A DNA stretch of 64,000 bases from Heterodontus francisci (lineage: Eukaryota), in contig NC_090398.1 in the NCBI RefSeq assembly GCF_036365525.1, forward strand, positions 37,026,694-37,090,693. The letters run 5' to 3'. The translations under genes and the position numbers were made by a program. Below, piece after piece: positions 36,463 to 47,507 of the stretch. How positions within the stretch are numbered: the first letter of the stretch is position 1; the number at the start of each line of letters is the position of its first letter. The notes under the pieces were generated by a model, which was not told the DNA's origin, made no database searches, and worked only from the letters and a program-made list of their open reading frames with translations.

Positions 36463-39400
36463 TGTCTTTCCTTTTCTTCATTTTTTGAAGCCTTTATGCA
36501 CCAGGCCCCTTTTAACTAATATGTCGCGGGGACCTTTAATCCTCAGGCCCCCTTTATATACATTTTATAAAATAACTTTATTGAAATCGAATAACTAAAA
36601 CAAAACTCAAATTAGAATGTCATTCTCAGCATCGATGCTGCAATCCAGTTCCTGTGGTGCCCACCGGTCATGGAAGGCCTCAGGAATACTGGTGGACACA
36701 GCATGGTCCTTCTCCAGGGACACCCGGACGCGAATGTAACCTCGGAAGAGGGGCAGGAATTCAGAGCGGACGGACCCCGTGATGGTCCGCAGCCTAGACC
36801 TGTGAAATGCCACCTTGGCCAAGCCCAGGAGCGCACCAATAAGCGGCTCTTACCAGCCCACCCCACTCTGCATTGGGTGCCCAAAGATCAGGTGCATGAG
36901 GCAGAGGTGCAGATAAAACTTGAGGAGCGTCCCATTTAAATACTTGAACAAAGGCTGTAACCTCGCACATATCATGTATACATGGAACACGGACTCGTCC
37001 AGGCCGCAGAAATTACAGGCAGCCTGGGAGTCCGTGAACCGACTTAAACGTCGACTACACGGGAGTGGCCTGTACAGTACCCGCCATCCCAGGTCCCCAA
37101 TGTAAAGGGGGAGGACTTACGCCTAGTCAGACCTCCACCGGGCTCTCCGCTCACTACCAATCGAAGCACGGATGTCCATGGTCTGTCTGGGTGGCAGAAG
37201 ATGGCAAGGAACTGCAGAGTGTGCAGGGGCAGCCGATACAGGAAACCCCTCTGCGCCGTGTGGCACGGAGGACATTTCCAAGAGGGAACTCAGGTTGCGT
37301 GGGAACGCCACCCGAGGAGGGATTCGGGGCCTGGGTTCAATTAGCAGTTCCAGCTGAGCGGGGTCAGCTCGGCCAGGAGTGCTCTGCAAACCAGTCTCTG
37401 CTCGGTACCCACAGTGAGGGGCAGCCCGGGGCTTCTGCTATTCCACTGCCCATTGGTCCGTACATGGAGCCAGAAGCACAGATTGCCAAGGTGCTCTCCT
37501 CCACCTGCGAGCAAGCGCCCTGACTGGAGGCGACCATGTTCCAGACTCAGAACTGATCCTGGTAAAACACAGGCAACTCCCTCAGAGAGGCACGGCTAAC
37601 ATTCTCTACCGGGAGCTCTGTGTCGTCTTGGAGGCAGTGCCCCAGTGCAAAATTACGTCTTCAGCCTACACCATCTGGGATGATTCCGGACATACAGGTA
37701 TCTCTGCAGGGACCGAAGGTGAAGGTTCGCAGCTCGAGAATCAGGACTGCAGCAGAGACTCAGTGGTTCCTCGTGCCCCAGAAGAAATCGACAAGCTTCT
37801 TCTGGATCTTGGTGGCGAATGCAGGTGGCAGAGCCAAAGTGACCAACCGGTACCTCAGCATCGAGGGTACCATTTGGTTTATCACCAGCGCTCAGCCCCC
37901 TGTAGGAAAGCAGTTTTAACAGTCCTGTTCAGCGCCTTAGCCAACTAGTGACTTTCAACTCCAACTCCTGCCAGTTTACCAGACAGGCATTCTTAGCGGA
38001 GCTAAGGTGGTCTCCAAGATGGAGGAGGCGCGTGGGGCTCCATGCAAAAGGTGTTATTTGCACCGGCAGGGGGTCCACCGCCTCTAACCCACCAGGAGTC
38101 CAGAATATTTCTCCCAATTGATCCTCATGGAGGACGCGGCAGAAAAGGGTCTGCTGGCACTCAAGCATCCTGCACACGTGAACGGGATCTGTGGCCATGA
38201 GGAGCACATCATCAATGTAAGCCGAGAGGACGACTCGTATGCCCAGCCCATGCAGAGCAAAACCCGTTAACCTGCCGCGAAGCAGGCACAGGAATGGCTC
38301 CAGCCAGATGGTATACAACTGGCTGGACATGGGGCATCTCTGACACACTCCTCTCCCAAAGCGAGGGGCCGCTGTCAAGGACCGATTAACTGACGAAACA
38401 CTTTGCGGTGGCATGTAAAAGTTGACCAGGACCACAAAGTTAGCCCGTTACTGAACGTGCGCAGAGTCTCAAAAAGGTATTCATGATCAACTCTGTCCAA
38501 AGCCAACTACTGATCGGGGGAGAGAAAGGCGACCGACAGACCAGTCCTCTGGGAAAGATGAATCAGGTCCCGGACCAGGTGTTTATTGTTCTGGATGGAC
38601 CGGCCCTGGACCGTGTTCGGGGTGGTTCATGTGGGCCAGCACGGAGCCCAGGTGGGGAAACATAGCCCGAGCAAAGATTTTATAATCCAGGCCGAGGAGG
38701 TCGATTGGACGCGAATTCTTAAGCAAGTGCATATCGCCCTTTTTCAGCAGCAGGACGATGCATCTCCTCGGTCGCCTGGCTTTCCCCCAGCTCCCGCACG
38801 TAATCATCCCCCAGGATATCCCAGAATGCCATGGGGAACTCAACGGTCATCTAATCCTTCCCCGGGTAATTGCCCCTCAAGAACTGGTGGAGGGCGCCGG
38901 TCAGCTCTGCCGACATAAGCAGAGCCTTCAATGTTTTGGCGCCCTCCAGGCTGAGCTTCATCAGGTCCTTCCACAAAACTCTGCACGGGTCCTCGCTGAA
39001 TTAATATGGAGAGAAAAACGGACTGTAATATGTACTGACCAGGAGGCCCATTCCATCCGGAACCGTAATGGAGCATCCCTCCTCGGCCAGCAGCTCAACG
39101 GTCTGTTTACAGGCACCCTACCTTTTTTTTCCAGGGAGTAGAAAAAGGGTGAGGCGCTCTCGAAATCGTCCATGATATGGATCTGTGATCTCATGTACGT
39201 GCCTCAGGATCCTACGAGCGGCAGGTTCTTCAGCGCGCCCTTCTCTTTGCCCGCAAAAGCATGACTGAGACAGGAATCCAAGTTGAACACGCCTCCAGGC
39301 GCCCGATCCCGGCTTGCTGCCTTTTGGTCGACCCCTTCGCATACTCCTGACAGAAGACATGGATGTGAGTCTTGCCCACATACCACCATAGCCTCAAGGA

Positions 39401-42400
39401 GGAGAACTCCCCCCCGCCCCGCTTTCTTTTCCACTAGGCGCAGAATCACTCATCATCCAGCAGGCGTTTGTTAAACAGCCACACCAGGTGATGGTCCAAT
39501 CACGACACCAAGCGCCTGGAGGCCATCAAGACACAGGAGACGTACGCTTGTGAAATGTAGAGGCAGTCGATTCGGGACCCTTTTCCTCCAGACCACCATG
39601 TGAAGGCGCTGGAGTCGGTATGGAGATTGCACCAGACGTGCACCTATTTGAAGAAGCTGATCTGATGCCTCAACATGTACACTGAACCTTGGCCGCACTG
39701 GGGACTGGAATGATCCCTCAGCTCGTGGGTACTGTTAAAATCCCCCCTGATGATGATGCACTCACCGATGTCAATAGAGTTCAAAAGAGCGGAGACTTCT
39801 TCAAAGAAACACGCTTGCAACACGCTGGGACTGTGCGCGTTCACGTTCAGAAATTGGAGTGGCATGCTACCCAGGTGAATGACGAGGTGGAGCAAACTGC
39901 CTCCTTGCCCCTTCGGATTTCTGCCTGAAAAGTCGAGGAGATTAAGATAGCCACCCTACTAGAAATAGGGGTAAGGTGACTCATGTCGACTCCATCCTGC
40001 CACTCCAGGAGCCAGATGGCTTCATTTCCCGGAATGGTGTCTCTTTTTCCTGCAGAAGGCTCACCGCAAATCTCCCTTTTCTGAGTACTGAGAGATTGTT
40101 TGATCTACAGAAGGACCCTCTACTGCCATTGATGCTGAGGCTGGCTAAGGTTTTGTTCCTGTCAAAAGTACTTAGAAACCGTCAACAAAATCTTACTGTG
40201 AGGAGGAAGCTGGAATGCATCTGGCCTTCCACTCCACCAGCAACCCATTGAGGAATGTTTTAAACCGGCGCCTCTCAACCAGTTTCATGCCCCGCCTTCT
40301 TGAGGGCGACAAAGACAGACTGGATCATTCGCGCCAGATTCGATGATCATCCAAGGGCCAGCTGAACTTTATTGCAGCAACTCCTGCATGCTCCGAAGAT
40401 GTCCCGGAGTTCCCTGATATGGATGATAGGAGACTCAGTTGAAGGCAAGAGGGAGTCCACCACCTCACTGACGATGCATTTAAGAATATCCGCCGTGCCC
40501 CACAACGGCTCCTCATCCTCCTCCAAGACTTCACCGCCAGTAGCCAACCCACGCACCACAGACTGAGGGGCTGGCTTCCCAACCGCGTCAGCTGGTCTCA
40601 CCACCAGCACAATCCCAGCCCCAGGATCGATGGCGGAGGAGTCCTCTGCCATATCCAGCCGAATATGCGACCGGAGGCAGAGAGAGGAGGCCATCCCCCG
40701 CTCCGCCAGCGCCCATAGACCCAGCTGATGGGAAATTACACAAATTGCCCTCTGGGTAAGGCACATCCCGGGCAGTAGCATCAGTCTCCCATGCAGGACA
40801 CCCGGCCCAGTGGCAGATAGAATATTTGCACCCATCGGGTCCACAGGCTCCCTCACCATGTGAGGGCACCCCCACCTCTGGAGTCGCTGTGATTAGAGGG
40901 GCATCCCCGGCAGCCCTTCCGTTGCGAGGAGCAGTCAGTTCCCGCCCAGGGCTCGAGGCCTTCATGGAGCCTCAGGACCCGCGCCAGCTGATGGGCCTTG
41001 CAACTCACTGACCTCGTCAGAGCATGGATGTCTCCTCCACTTATTTTGGTAGTGGTGCAGAGTCTCAGTGACCTTCATTTCAGCAGCGACCTCTGCTTCT
41101 CCCTTCGTGCTCCCTTGCCCAGTTTCTTGGGACCTAGCTCAGCCTTGGGGTAGGTGGCCTCCCCTGGTTCAATCGTAGCGCTGACGTCAGGCTCAGGTCC
41201 ATTTTTTGTGCCCGGGGGCACACCTTCGCGTGTTTTTTTTTGCGCCTTGCCTTCCATCCACAAGGGCGGGTCTCCACCTCCCCACAGGAAGCCTGGAAGT
41301 CTATGGCCTCTGGAACCGCCGATGTGGTGTCTGATGGAGGTGTGGTGTGAGCGGGAGGAGGTGCATCAGCGCCAACCTGGGCTCCTGAGGTGGAGTTGGA
41401 GGCCAGAAGGTTGCAGCAGTTATTATGAACGTGCCCCACCCCCTTACACTGCGCCCTGTCCGAAGTCCAGCAGACGAGGTAGGCTGGCCTCTGGAATTTC
41501 ACATTGAAATAGCCTTCTAAGACCTCTTCCCGCGCCAGCTGCATAAAGAGCTGGTGGCGGAAGGAGTAGACATGCCAGAGGCTGTTCTCCACAAGACCGA
41601 GCCGGCCTATGGGAGACACCTGAACTTACCTCCCCCCAGATTGTGCAGATGGGGGAGGAGTAGCTTCCTGGGAATGAAGCACGGGACGTTTGATAATATG
41701 ATCATATGTACACTATCCCCTGGAGTGTCCACCAGCAGGAAAGCCCTCACCACAGCGAGCCCCTTACTCTGTGCCAGAGTCATGGCCACTCGGACTTCAG
41801 GATGACACAGCCATCTTGTATATCTTCGAGGCTGCATCCATGGCCGAGGGGTCAACAACCTTGGTTATTGCCTTTATGAAGGCCTCAATGGACTTGTTGG
41901 GGTGGGATAACTCTTCACCCCAAGGAAGGATGTTATTAATTTAACGGGTAATGGGACTACATGGGCAGCCACAGAGGCTGCAGCTGCATGGTAGCGCCCC
42001 CCTCCCCCACGCCCCCCAACCCCCACCGGTGAAGGGCGTGCTGATGGTCTAAAAGCTAAACCCACTTTGAGTTCTCGGTTGCAAATCGAACAAACTGAAA
42101 GATTCACAAGGGATACTTAATTAAAAAAAAGCAGGTTCGGGGCGAGGCTTAGGATATCGAGGAGAGGAAGAGGCAGGCGGTAAGGGATGTCTTGCTCTCA
42201 GGAGGTGGTGCACACAGCACACTTAAAATAGTCTTTGCAAGTACTATTTGTTTTCTGGTCTTTTGATTAGGGTAGACGTCTTCAACTGGGTCAGCTGAAG
42301 CTGCTAATGCACGATTTATCCCCTTCCATCTCTTTAGCCGGGCAGCATCAGCTGACCAAGCCTTAACAATTGGGGTTGTTTGCGGGGGTTGGGAGTGAGT

Positions 42401-42717
42401 TTCCATGTGTGCTTGTTGCAGCAGCAGAGATGCCTACAGAATTGGCAGCTGCACCCCTTGTTGTTCCGGCCATTTGTTCCTCACCCAATGGTCCAAATCA
42501 GAACACAATTCCGGTGTTCGGTATCCACCTCCAAACAAAGCCTTGTTTCCAACAAATCTCAGTTTCTTCACTGCAAAGGTGATTATTGTTCAATCTTTCC
42601 CTCAGATTGATAGTTATTGCTCTCCCTCTGCTCTGTGTAGCTCCTCTCTCCAACCAGCTCTATCAGCTAGGCTCGTTGCTGCAATCAGCTCTCAGCACCT
42701 CCCATCAAGCAACAGCC
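36463..42717 (-). mobile_element. Tx1-clade non-LTR retrotransposon B, near full length but decayed (ORF1 ~40250-42000, ORF2 ~36620-40160)
   Basis: ORF1: IILSNVPCFIPRKLLLPHL, HVYSFRHQLFMQL, CKGVGHVHNNC zinc knuckle. ORF2: LASLSINGS, IIRGDFN, LLKNSRPIDLLGLDYKIFARA, GVCQRCPMSSQLYTIWLEPFL, LSAYIDDV, C-terminal CNFCGLDESVFH. Confidence 0.88.
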
Positions 42718-44269
42718 AACCCCGTGCGGTACCGGTCCTGGAAGTGTTTGATGGGGACAGTTACGCGGGAGCTTTGCTGTGTATCTAACATTGGCCAAGA
42801 GATAGAAGTCAGGGAATTGTTGTGAATGATTGTTTCTCAGACTGAGGGAAGATATACAGTGGTACCTCCAATTGTGCACCGCAAGCTCCCACAAACAGCA
42901 TTGAGATAAGGAGCATTACCTTGTTTTCGTGGTTTTGGTTGTGTGATAAATATTTCCCAGGACATCAGGGAGAACTTCATCAATCCCAAAAGGGCACGCT
43001 GAGCGACTGGTATATTTCTGTGCTGATACATTCTGTGATTTGGTGAGTTCATAGAGGACTGCCCGAAATCTCATTTAAAACCTGTTTCCTGATGTTTGTG
43101 ATTATCCTTCTTAGCTTAACCCTTGGAGTCCAAGTATTATTCTACTCAGTTTAAACCATCCAAGATTTCACAATCCTCCTCCTTACCCACAATGTCTGCA
43201 TAGCGCCCCCTCCCTTTTATGGAAATTTAATATAACTTCAAATTTTTCATATGACTCAAAACTTTGGAAATGTAGTAAAGAGGGAAGAGAATAGTCGCAG
43301 ACTTCAGGAGGCCATTGACAGTCTCGTGAATCGGGCAAACACAAGGCATGTTAATTTCAGCGCTGAGAAATGTGAAGTGATGGATTTTGGAAGGAAGAGG
43401 CAATATAAATTAAATGTTACAATGTAAAAACGGGTGCAGGAACAGAGAAACCTGAGGTTCTAGCCTGTCTACATTACATACAGGAGTTGGCAGTGTCTCT
43501 CTCGGATTGTCTCTCTATCTATCCTTTTCGTTCATTGTTTTTCTCTTTCAATACCTATCCTGACGGCTGTGTGTTTTTTTCTATTTTAAAGTTTCAATTT
43601 GTTATCAGGATGCTGTCAGATAAAAGTAGTTTTTCATCCTGAGATTTGTGAAGAATTTTCAGGGGAAATGTGTCAGAAGCTGTTTCCATTTAGATATTCC
43701 TGCATTGATGAACTGTCAGTTATCTGTGCAGACAGGATATAGGGGTGTTTGATTGGAACTGAAGATTTTGGTTGATTGAATAGGGTGTGAATTAGATTGT
43801 GGATTGCATTCCTGAAGGTCGTTGCAGTAGATGTCCTGAGAGAATTTTGTGGTTTAGAAATGTCTGACTAACATGATACATGACAGACAAGAATGGGGAC
43901 TGTGGTCAAAAGCTGAGACAGTCATGTGATACTGATTTACCTGCAAGTACCTTTTTCCATTCCACTTTTTCTGAATCGATTTCCACTGGCCCAGCTTTAT
44001 GCCCTGAAGCTAAGTGTAGAACTCACCCATTTCATGTTGGCCTTGCTATGTACAGGCATAAAAAAAGTTCTCCTGAATGCATTTGAAGAATTGTGCATCC
44101 TTGATACGTTTTACACTAGTCTCAGTTGTCAATGCAATGGTTGTGACTGCATTACACCCTTTCTTTATTTATATTGCACATGGCCCTGTCTCTGCTATAA
44201 AATGAGTGAGTTGTATGTCGGTCTGCCCTCTATTTTACGTACATAGAGAGAATATTCCATTTTGTACAC

Positions 44270-45477
44270 AAGATCATACTAAATAGGTGCTGGAGTTGGC
44301 TATTCAGCCCCTCGAGCCTGCTCTTCCTTTCAATATGTTCATGGCTGATCTGATCGTGAACTCAACTGCACATTCCTGCCTGCCCCCCATAACCCTTGAG
44401 TCCATTGTCGACCACAAATCTGTCTAACGCAGCCCTGAATATCTTCAATGAACCAACCTCCACTGCACTCTGGGGAAGATAATTCCAAAGTCTAACCAAC
44501 TGCTGGGAGAAAAGAAAAGTTCTTCTCATCTTTGTCATAAATGGGAGGCCATTAATGTTTACCTGCGCCCCCTAGTTCTAGACTCCCCCACAATGAGAAC
44601 ATCCTCCCAGCATCCACACTGTCAAGCCCCTCAAAATCTTATCTGTTTCAATAAGATCTCCTCTCATTCTTCTAAACTCCAATGAGTATAGGCCCAACTT
44701 GCTCAACCATCCCTCATAAGACAACACCTTCATCCCAGGAATCAGCCAAGTGAACTATCTCTGAACTGATTCCAATACATCCAGGCCTGACCATTTATCC
44801 ACTTTCAAAGATACCACACACCTTAATATTTCCCTCTCACTCTGTTTATCCCATCCAATATTTCATGCTCCTCTTTAACTACAATGTCTGCATCATTCCC
44901 TCCGCTTTTATGAGGACAGACACAAAGTATTCATGAAGTGCCATGCTCACATCTCCCACCTCCGCACACACGTTCCCTTTTTGGTCTCTTATACTCTATC
45001 CTTAATTATCCTCCTGCTCTTAATGCATTTATAAAACATTTTGCAGTTTCCTTGGTTTTACTTGACAATATTTTTTGCAGCCATCACTTTGCTTTCCTAA
45101 TTTGCATTTTAGTTTTACCCCTGGACTTTCGACACTCTTCTCGGATTTTTGTGGTATTAAACTCCCGGTATCTGACATAACCTTCCCGTTTGTGTCTTGT
45201 CCTATCCAGTTAGCTCCTTGATATCCAAGGGGCTCTATATTTGGGACTCTCAGCCTTTTTGGCTTTTTACGAACATATTTGTTCTCAACCCTCATTAACT
45301 CTCACTGCTCTGACACTGATTTACCTTTAGGTAGCTGTTTCCAATCCACTTTGCTTAACCCTCTCCTCCCTGGAACTACCATCTCACGTGCACCCGCTGA
45401 AGGGCCCTCACATCCATCCAAACGTGTAGTGACCAGAACTGGATGCAGTATTCCAGTTGTGGCCCAAACAGAGTTTT
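44270..45477 (-). mobile_element. Old CR1 fragments; the last one is the host of the young CR1 and resumes at 50412
   Basis: CR1 3'-end reverse complement (ggagttggctattcagcccctcgagcctg, cctctcattcttctaaactcc) and ccagaactggatgcagtattccag (rc of LEYCIQFW). Confidence 0.7.
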
Positions 45478-46318
45478 GGTGACTGCAGCGTGGATAGCAA
45501 CGGAGGTGCGTGAACGGGCTTACAGATTTGAAGTCAATTTCAGCGTAAGTTTAAAAGTGAATTCCCTTTTGTTTTCGGAGGACCAGGGGACTGCTGGGTA
45601 AGGAAAAAGGTATATATTTGTGTGGTTTAGAATCTCTTTCTTTTAGTTTCGGTGACTGCAGCGTGGATAGCAACGGAGGTGCGTGAACGGGCTGACAGCT
45701 GTGAAGTCAATTTCAGCGTAAGTTTAAAAGTGAATTCCCTTTTGTTTTCGGAGGACCAGGGGACTGCTGGGTAAGGAAAAAGGTATATATTTGTGTGGTT
45801 TAGAATCTCTTTCTTTTAGTTTCGGTGACTGCAGCGTGGATAGCAACGGAGGTGCGTGAACGGGCTTACAGCTGTGAAGTCAATTTCAGCGTAAGTTTAA
45901 AAGTGAATTCCCTTTTGTTTTCGGAGGACCAGGGGACTGCTGGGTAAGGAAAAAGGTATATATTTGTGTGGTTTAGAATCTCTTTCTTTTAGTTTCGGTG
46001 ACTGCAGCGTGGATAGCAACGGAGGTGCGTGAACGGGCTTACAGCTGTGAAGTCAATTTCAGCGTAAGTTTAAAAGTGAATTCCCTTTTGTTTTCGGAGG
46101 ACCAGGGGACTGCTGGGTAAGGAAAAAGGTATATATTTGTGTGGTTTAGAATCTCTTTCTTTTAGTTTCGGTGACTGCAGCGTGGATAGCAACGGAGGTG
46201 CGTGAACGGGCTTACAGCTGTGAAGTCAATTTCAGAGTAAGTTTAAAAGTGAATTCCCTTTTGTTTTCGGAGGACCAGGGGACTGCTGGGTAAGGAAAAA
46301 GGTATATATTTGTGTGGT
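45478..46318 (+). repeat. 173-bp tandem monomer array (~4.9 copies) in the CR1 5' UTR
   Basis: Unit ggtgactgcagcgtggatagc... starts at 45478, 45651, 45824, 45997, 46170; only a few substitutions between copies. Confidence 0.97.
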
Positions 46319-46328
46319 GGCTGTACCC

Positions 46329-46352
46329 GAGACACTACACGTGTAGTGTCTC
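46329..46352. promoter_or_regulatory. Perfect 24-bp palindrome centred on E-box CACGTG
   Basis: gagacactacac|gtgtagtgtctc. Confidence 0.7.
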
Positions 46353-46517
46353 CCACCCACCCTCCTCCTCTAACCATAAAAAAAGGACTCTGGTGTGTTG
46401 ATAAGGTAAGCTTTTTATTTAGGAAGTTCTGTCCGTTGGATTGCTAACCTAACAAGTTTTGACTTTTTGTTTTTTTTGGTTTTTCAGTAGATTTGTTGGG
46501 AATTTGGAATAGTGGGA

Positions 46518-47436
46518 ATGGAGGTTAAGGCAGTTGCATGTTCCTCCTTCAGAATGTGGGTCGCCAAGAGTGTCCCTGCTGACTGCATCTGTGGGAAGTG
46601 CACCCAACTCCAGCTCTTCGAGAACCGCGTCAGGGAACTGGAGCTGGAGCTGGATGAACTTCGGATCATTCGGGAGGCGGAGGAGGTTATTGAGAGTAGT
46701 TATGGGGAAGTAGTCACACCTCAGGTAAAAGAAGTAGGTAGATGGGTTACCGTCAGGGGAAGGAGAGGGAACCAGCAGGCAGTGCAGGGATCCCCTGTGG
46801 CCGTTTCCCTCAACAACAGGTATACCGTTTTGGATACTGTTGCGGGGGACGACTTACCAGGGGTAAGCAATGGGGTACAGATATCTGGCACAGAGTCTGT
46901 CCCTGTTGCTCAGAAGGGAAGGGGGAAGAGGAGCAGAACATTAGTCATTGGGGACTCCATAGTTAGGGGAACAGATAGGAGGTTCTGTGGGAACGAGAGA
47001 GACTCACGGTTGGTATGTTGCCTCCCAGGTTCGTGATGTCTCGGATCGTATTTTTGGGATCCTTAATGGGGAGGGGGAGCAGCCCCAAGTCGTGGTCCAT
47101 ATAGGCACCAACGACATAGGTAGGAAGAGAGATGGGGATTTAAGACAGAAATTTAGGGAGCTAGGGTGGAAGCTTAGAGCGAGAACAAACAGAGTTGTTA
47201 TCTCTGGGCTGTTGCCCGTGCCACGTGATAGCGAAGCGAGGAATAGGGAGAGAGAGGAGTTGAACACGTGGCTGCAGGGATGGTGCAGGAGGGAGGGTTT
47301 TGGTTTCCTGGATAATTGGGGCTCTTTCTGGGGTAGGTGGGACCTCTACAAACAGGATGGTCTTCACCTGAACCAGAGGGGTACCAATATCCTGGGGGGG
47401 AGGTTTGCTAGTGCTCTTCTGGGGGGTTTAAACTAA
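46518..47436 (+). pseudogene. CR1 ORF1 (zinc finger, coiled coil, SGNH esterase), frameshifted at ~47030
   Basis: CSSF..CGKC, LENRVRELELELDEL-like zipper, GDSIVRG (block I), HIGTND (block III), DGLHL (block V), split over ORFs 46512-47036 and 46987-47436. Confidence 0.88.
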
Positions 47437-47507
47437 TTCAGCAGGGGAATGGGAACCTAAATTGTAGTGCCAGTGTACAGGATGTTGAGAGTAGTGAGGT
47501 CAGGGAT

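Noticed and set aside
45478-46318. CRISPR-like array
   Set aside because: Units are wholly repeated with no unique spacers; eukaryotic context; part of a LINE 5' UTR
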